Source of the DNA: Eledone cirrhosa
Lineage: Eukaryota
Length of the DNA: 64,000 nucleotides
Direction of reading: 5' to 3'
Assembly (NCBI GenBank): GCA_964016885.1
Contig: OZ024742.1
Location: forward strand, 271,126,001-271,190,000
A model generated the notes under the pieces. It was given only the letters and a program-made list of their open reading frames with translations, was not told the DNA's origin and did no database searches. The first letter of the stretch is position 1. The number at the start of each line of letters is the position of its first letter. This document shows positions 59,691-64,000 of the stretch, piece after piece. A program made the position numbers and the translations under genes.

Positions 59691-60310
59691 TGAAAGGAGC
59701 AGAAGATGGAGAGAAAGGAGTCGAGCTATATATATACGTATCCAAAGTGTTAAAACATTCAAATTTTAGTTTAGAACATTTATTTGCTGACAATTGTTTC
59801 TTCAAGAGGGAAATCTGGAATGATTGGAGCATAAGGAATGTCGAAACATGTTACTAAAACCCTAGTCATTTAGGACATTTAAGGTACATAATTGTTATTA
59901 GTGTCAAAGGCATATTGTGGAGAGTCGGGTGTTAAAAAGATGTTCTGCTTGAAAGAAAACAATTACAGGCAGCATTGGTTGGAAGTGTAATAGGTCTAAG
60001 TAAAAAGCACAAGCAAAAAAATCACAAGCAAGGAAAACACAGGCAAAAAAGTTATAAGCAAGGAGAATTGGTATACAATGCAGGCGTCAGTACAGTCAAT
60101 AACGCATGTATGAGGAAAGAGTTATAATGCAGTTGAAATAAACATATTTTGTGTGGGGTGTTAGAGCATGTTATAATTGTTATAAATGTTTAAGATTGTG
60201 TGCAATTTGTTAGAGAGGCATGTGGTGATAATGTAGGTATTTGTTATGTAAGATGTAATGCATTACACCTTACATAATCATGACCGCTGTGGTATGTCAT
60301 AAATCAATTC

Positions 60311-60379
60311 ATGTATTTATCTGACGAGGACGTACTGAAAAAACAGCACAGTACCTTCGAAATATATATAATAAAACAT
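60311..60379 (+). ncRNA. Type I hammerhead ribozyme motif (family of 1705-1769)
   Basis: tttat CTGACGA ggacgtactg..cagtaccttc GAAA tatata TA ataaa. Confidence 0.75.
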
Positions 60380-60429
60380 ATATGTTGATTATGTGAATGT
60401 CTTCATTTATTATCATTCTGAATAATAAT

Positions 60430-60617
60430 TGTTTCTACTTTTTGGCACAAGGCCAGCAATTATCCCAGTGTATCACTGGTACTTTGTTTTATCGACCCCG
60501 TAAGGATGAAAGGCCAAGTTAACCTCGGCGGGATTTGAACTCAGTCCATAAAGGGACGTAACTGTGCTGGAAAGCATTGCGTCCGACCCTCTACCGATAC
60601 TGCCAATCCACCGCCCT
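60430..60617 (-). mobile_element. SINE with TSD
   Basis: ttctgaataataat at 60416-60429 and 60618-60631. Confidence 0.85.
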
Positions 60618-60767
60618 TTCTGAATAATAATAACTCCAAAAAGGTTATGGTAGAGTGCTTTTAATCTATTGTACAACTATATTCATTGAGTAATTCTTTG
60701 GTCATGTAAATATGTATATATGTATACATATATGCATATATATATATATATACATGTATATATATAA

Positions 60768-60807
<40 letters not shown>

Positions 60808-60813
<6 letters not shown>

Positions 60814-60925
60814 TAAAACATGTCTATAGAATCACCATATTTTTTTATATAGTTGATTATGCTAATTGGGAGAGGAAATGGTATATATTGTATCTGGTGA
60901 TTCTATAGACATGTTTTATGATATA
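60808..60925. repeat. Short fold-back (about 30-bp arms)
   Basis: tatcataaaacatgtctatagaatcacca / tggtgattctatagacatgttttatgata. Confidence 0.7.
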
Positions 60926-60999
60926 TAGCACTGATTATTTAATTTATTAACTTCTCATTGAGCCACAAAGTGAACCGTTGCAAAACACGTATATGTGTG

Positions 61000-61084
<85 letters not shown>

Positions 61085-61117
61085 CTTTATATATATATAT
61101 AATCATATATATATATG

Positions 61118-61155
<38 letters not shown>

Positions 61156-61254
61156 TATATATATGTATATATATATATAGTACATATATATGTATGTATA
61201 TATTTATATATATATATATATGTTTATATATATAAATATATATATTTATTTATA

Positions 61255-61510
61255 AGTAAAGGGGATATTCAATTTGTTGGTAATTCAACAAATATAAATG
61301 TTTATAACTGATTGAGAGCACTCGACAAGTTTTCTGGAGTATAATATTCAATGATATTAAATAAATGGAAACTTATTTATAAAACCATATATAGTTCAAG
61401 GGTAGCAAAACTTTGGTAGGCTTTTATCAAATAAAAAACGAAGTGTGCTTTATAAATTTAGACATAACCAAGAAAAGATACCTTAACGTTTCAAGTTTTT
61501 CTTGGACAGT
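61255..61510 (-). repeat. Decayed pLTR and tail of the 51-56 kb PLE family
   Basis: atattaaataaatggaaac..aaaaccatat..ttcaagggtagcaaaactttggtagg similar to 51372-51480 and 62320-62430. Confidence 0.6.
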
Positions 61511-61814
61511 GAACGGAAAAGAGAAGAAAAGTAAGATATTTAAAATTATTTAGATGAATATGCAAATGAGGTTGAGGTATAGGGCTGAAAAAAACGTTAT
61601 TTTAGTATATTAGTATATATGTATGTAGGAGTAGGAAGAAGAAAAAAGGAAGAAGAGCTTGTATTTATGTTAATTTAAAAGAAGTTAACAGTTTGCGGAA
61701 ATGGTGGAATATGATTCCAGAATTTAAATTTATTTAGCCATGTTATGAGTTATAATATTGTAATCAATTAGATTATGAAGAATTATGGTTGTAAGTAGAT
61801 TTATCTTTCTACAT

Positions 61815-61889
<75 letters not shown>

Positions 61890-61896
61890 ATATATT

Positions 61897-61953
<57 letters not shown>

Positions 61954-61954
61954 T

Positions 61955-61998
<44 letters not shown>

Positions 61999-62023
61999 AA
62001 TATATTTATCTATCTATCTCTCT

Positions 62024-62077
<54 letters not shown>

Positions 62078-62084
62078 ATATATT

Positions 62085-62135
<51 letters not shown>

Positions 62136-62136
62136 T

Positions 62137-62188
<52 letters not shown>

Positions 62189-62319
62189 TATTTATCTATC
62201 TATCTCTCTATCTCTCTCTCTATATATATATAGTAACGAAATATAAGTCCATTGTATGAACTCATAATCCTTTATTTACTGCTATATATATTTCGATGAT
62301 ATATATATATATATATGAG

Positions 62320-62625
62320 GTGATATTAAATAAATGGAAACTATATTTATAAAACCATATTTATTTTATTATAAATATTTCAAGGGCACCAAGACAACAT
62401 TGGTACGCTTTCATCAGATAAAATACAAAGTTTGTTTTATAAATAGAGATGTACCCATGAAAATCATACTTTATCGGTTGGAAATTCACTGGATAGTGGA
62501 AATAAATTAGGGAGTATTCAAACTCATGTGTGAATATGCAAATGAATATGTAAATAATTGAAAAACACCCGTTTATTTAAACGTCTATGGAGAAAGTGAG
62601 AGAGAAGATATCAGGAGAGAAAGAT

Positions 62626-62700
<75 letters not shown>

Positions 62701-64000
62701 TATAGAGAGAGAGAGAGAGAGTGAAGAAATAAACAAGAGAGGATGAATAAAACTCATATAACGTTAATTTGGGGGAAATATATTCTAAGTATATATCTTA
62801 ATAGTACGTGTATTTACGATTATTAGTTGTTTAAAATTCGTATATAATATAATATTTTCTGTTATAAGTAGATAAATAAATAAATAAATAAATAAATAGA
62901 TAATTAAATAAATAGATGGGTATATCATGTTATAGATAATTGTTTTAATCAGTTATGAAGGATATTGGTTTTTGTATTTAATGTAAATAAATATTAAGTT
63001 AAATTAAATTAAATTAACTGAGTTAATAAGAATATTTATATTTATATATTTTAAAATGGGAAGATACGGAAAAAACTACAGTTTAATTTATTTATTCGTT
63101 AGTAGTTAATGAATAGTCCATATTCTTGCATTTTAAGTTCCTTACCAGGTTTGAAAGAGATGTTGAAGATTTTTTATCAAATCTTCTGAAAGCCTTTGTG
63201 ATTATTCGAGCGATTTTAAATTCTGTAGAAGTTGCAGCTACAGAGTTAAATATATTATCACTAGTTTTAACTGTACATTTATAGACCACGACCTTATCTA
63301 AACACTTATTTTGTAAAGGACAGTTTGATTTAATTCTACAGTTACATTTTGCGGAGTTGTTATTATTCAGAACGGTACTATTATGTTGTATATTGCTAAA
63401 GATATTACTGCTATTTTGGTTATTTTTGTTAGGGTTTACATTTCTATTATTAATGTTGTGCTATGTTCATAATAGTAGAGTAGGATAGTTTTATAGCATG
63501 TCTGTTAAAGTTTGAGTGGTATCTGTGGGGTTTAGGAAAACATTTATCTAGCGCTTTAAAGAATAGCTTTGCTAAAGGTGTTTTTACCCTTACTGAGAAT
63601 GGGGGTGAGTACCAAATAATATTTCTAGTTCTCTTTCTTCTGTTAGTTTTAGAGTTTAAGTTAAATTGTTCATTATAATTATAATTAATTGTAGGGTTAT
63701 TTGCCTTATTACTGTTGTCGATGTATTTAATCTTATGTATATACCCTGCTCTATTTAAAACTTCATTATAATATTCTGCCTTATCGTCAAAAATGTTTTT
63801 ATTAGCGGAATGCGTGAAATACGTTGTTGGATAGAATTGACAATAATGTTCTTGATAGATCTAGGATGATTAGAGTTAAAACTTACATAGTTTAGATTAT
63901 AATTAAATTTATGGAATGGATTGTAGAGCCCTGTGTTAAGGTTTAATGTTACGTCTAAAAAGTTAACAATTTTATAGTTATTCTCTGTTTCTAACTTAAG
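62320..64000 (-). mobile_element. PLE 3' half (RT thumb, linker, GIY-YIG, UTR, pLTR), continuing beyond the window
   Basis: Minus strand: VNFLDVTLNL, SNHPRS, RTRNIIWYSPPFS, KCNCRIKSNCPLQNKCLDKVVVYKC; pLTR at 62320-62500. Confidence 0.85.
62362..62425 (-). ncRNA. Type I hammerhead ribozyme motif
   Basis: Minus strand: tattttat CTGATGA aagcgtacca..ttggtgccctt GAAA tattta TA ataaaata. Confidence 0.75.

Overview
AT-rich, repeat-saturated eukaryotic (animal) DNA with no recognisable host gene and one 200-N assembly gap. The SINE family and huge (TA)n tracts suggest an octopus/cephalopod, which is an inference. Almost all long ORFs in the supplied track are microsatellite artefacts. The window is a nest of retroelements inserted into (TA)n and (TATG)n microsatellites. 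It holds about ten fragments of Penelope-like elements (PLEs; RT plus GIY-YIG) from several families, including one near full-length decayed copy (51.4-55.9 kb) and a stop-free 296-codon linker/GIY-YIG frame the ORF track missed. It also holds an R4/Dong-like LINE, L1/Tx1 and RTE relics, and five tRNA-like SINEs with target-site duplications (TSDs). Reading by eye, I found 17 minimal type-I hammerhead ribozyme (HHR) motifs with an intact CUGANGA/GAAA/UH core, plus about 10 variant or decayed ones. The standout is a non-coding 472-bp unit, tandemly repeated about 3.9 times almost perfectly (19.7-21.6 kb), with one intact HHR per unit and two related dispersed copies. This looks like a retrozyme-type (self-cleaving, possibly circRNA-forming) non-autonomous retroelement. 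Many insertions also carry an inverted copy of their own 3' end (fold-backs with arms of 30 bp to 1.9 kb). Coordinates were read manually and may be off by a few bases.
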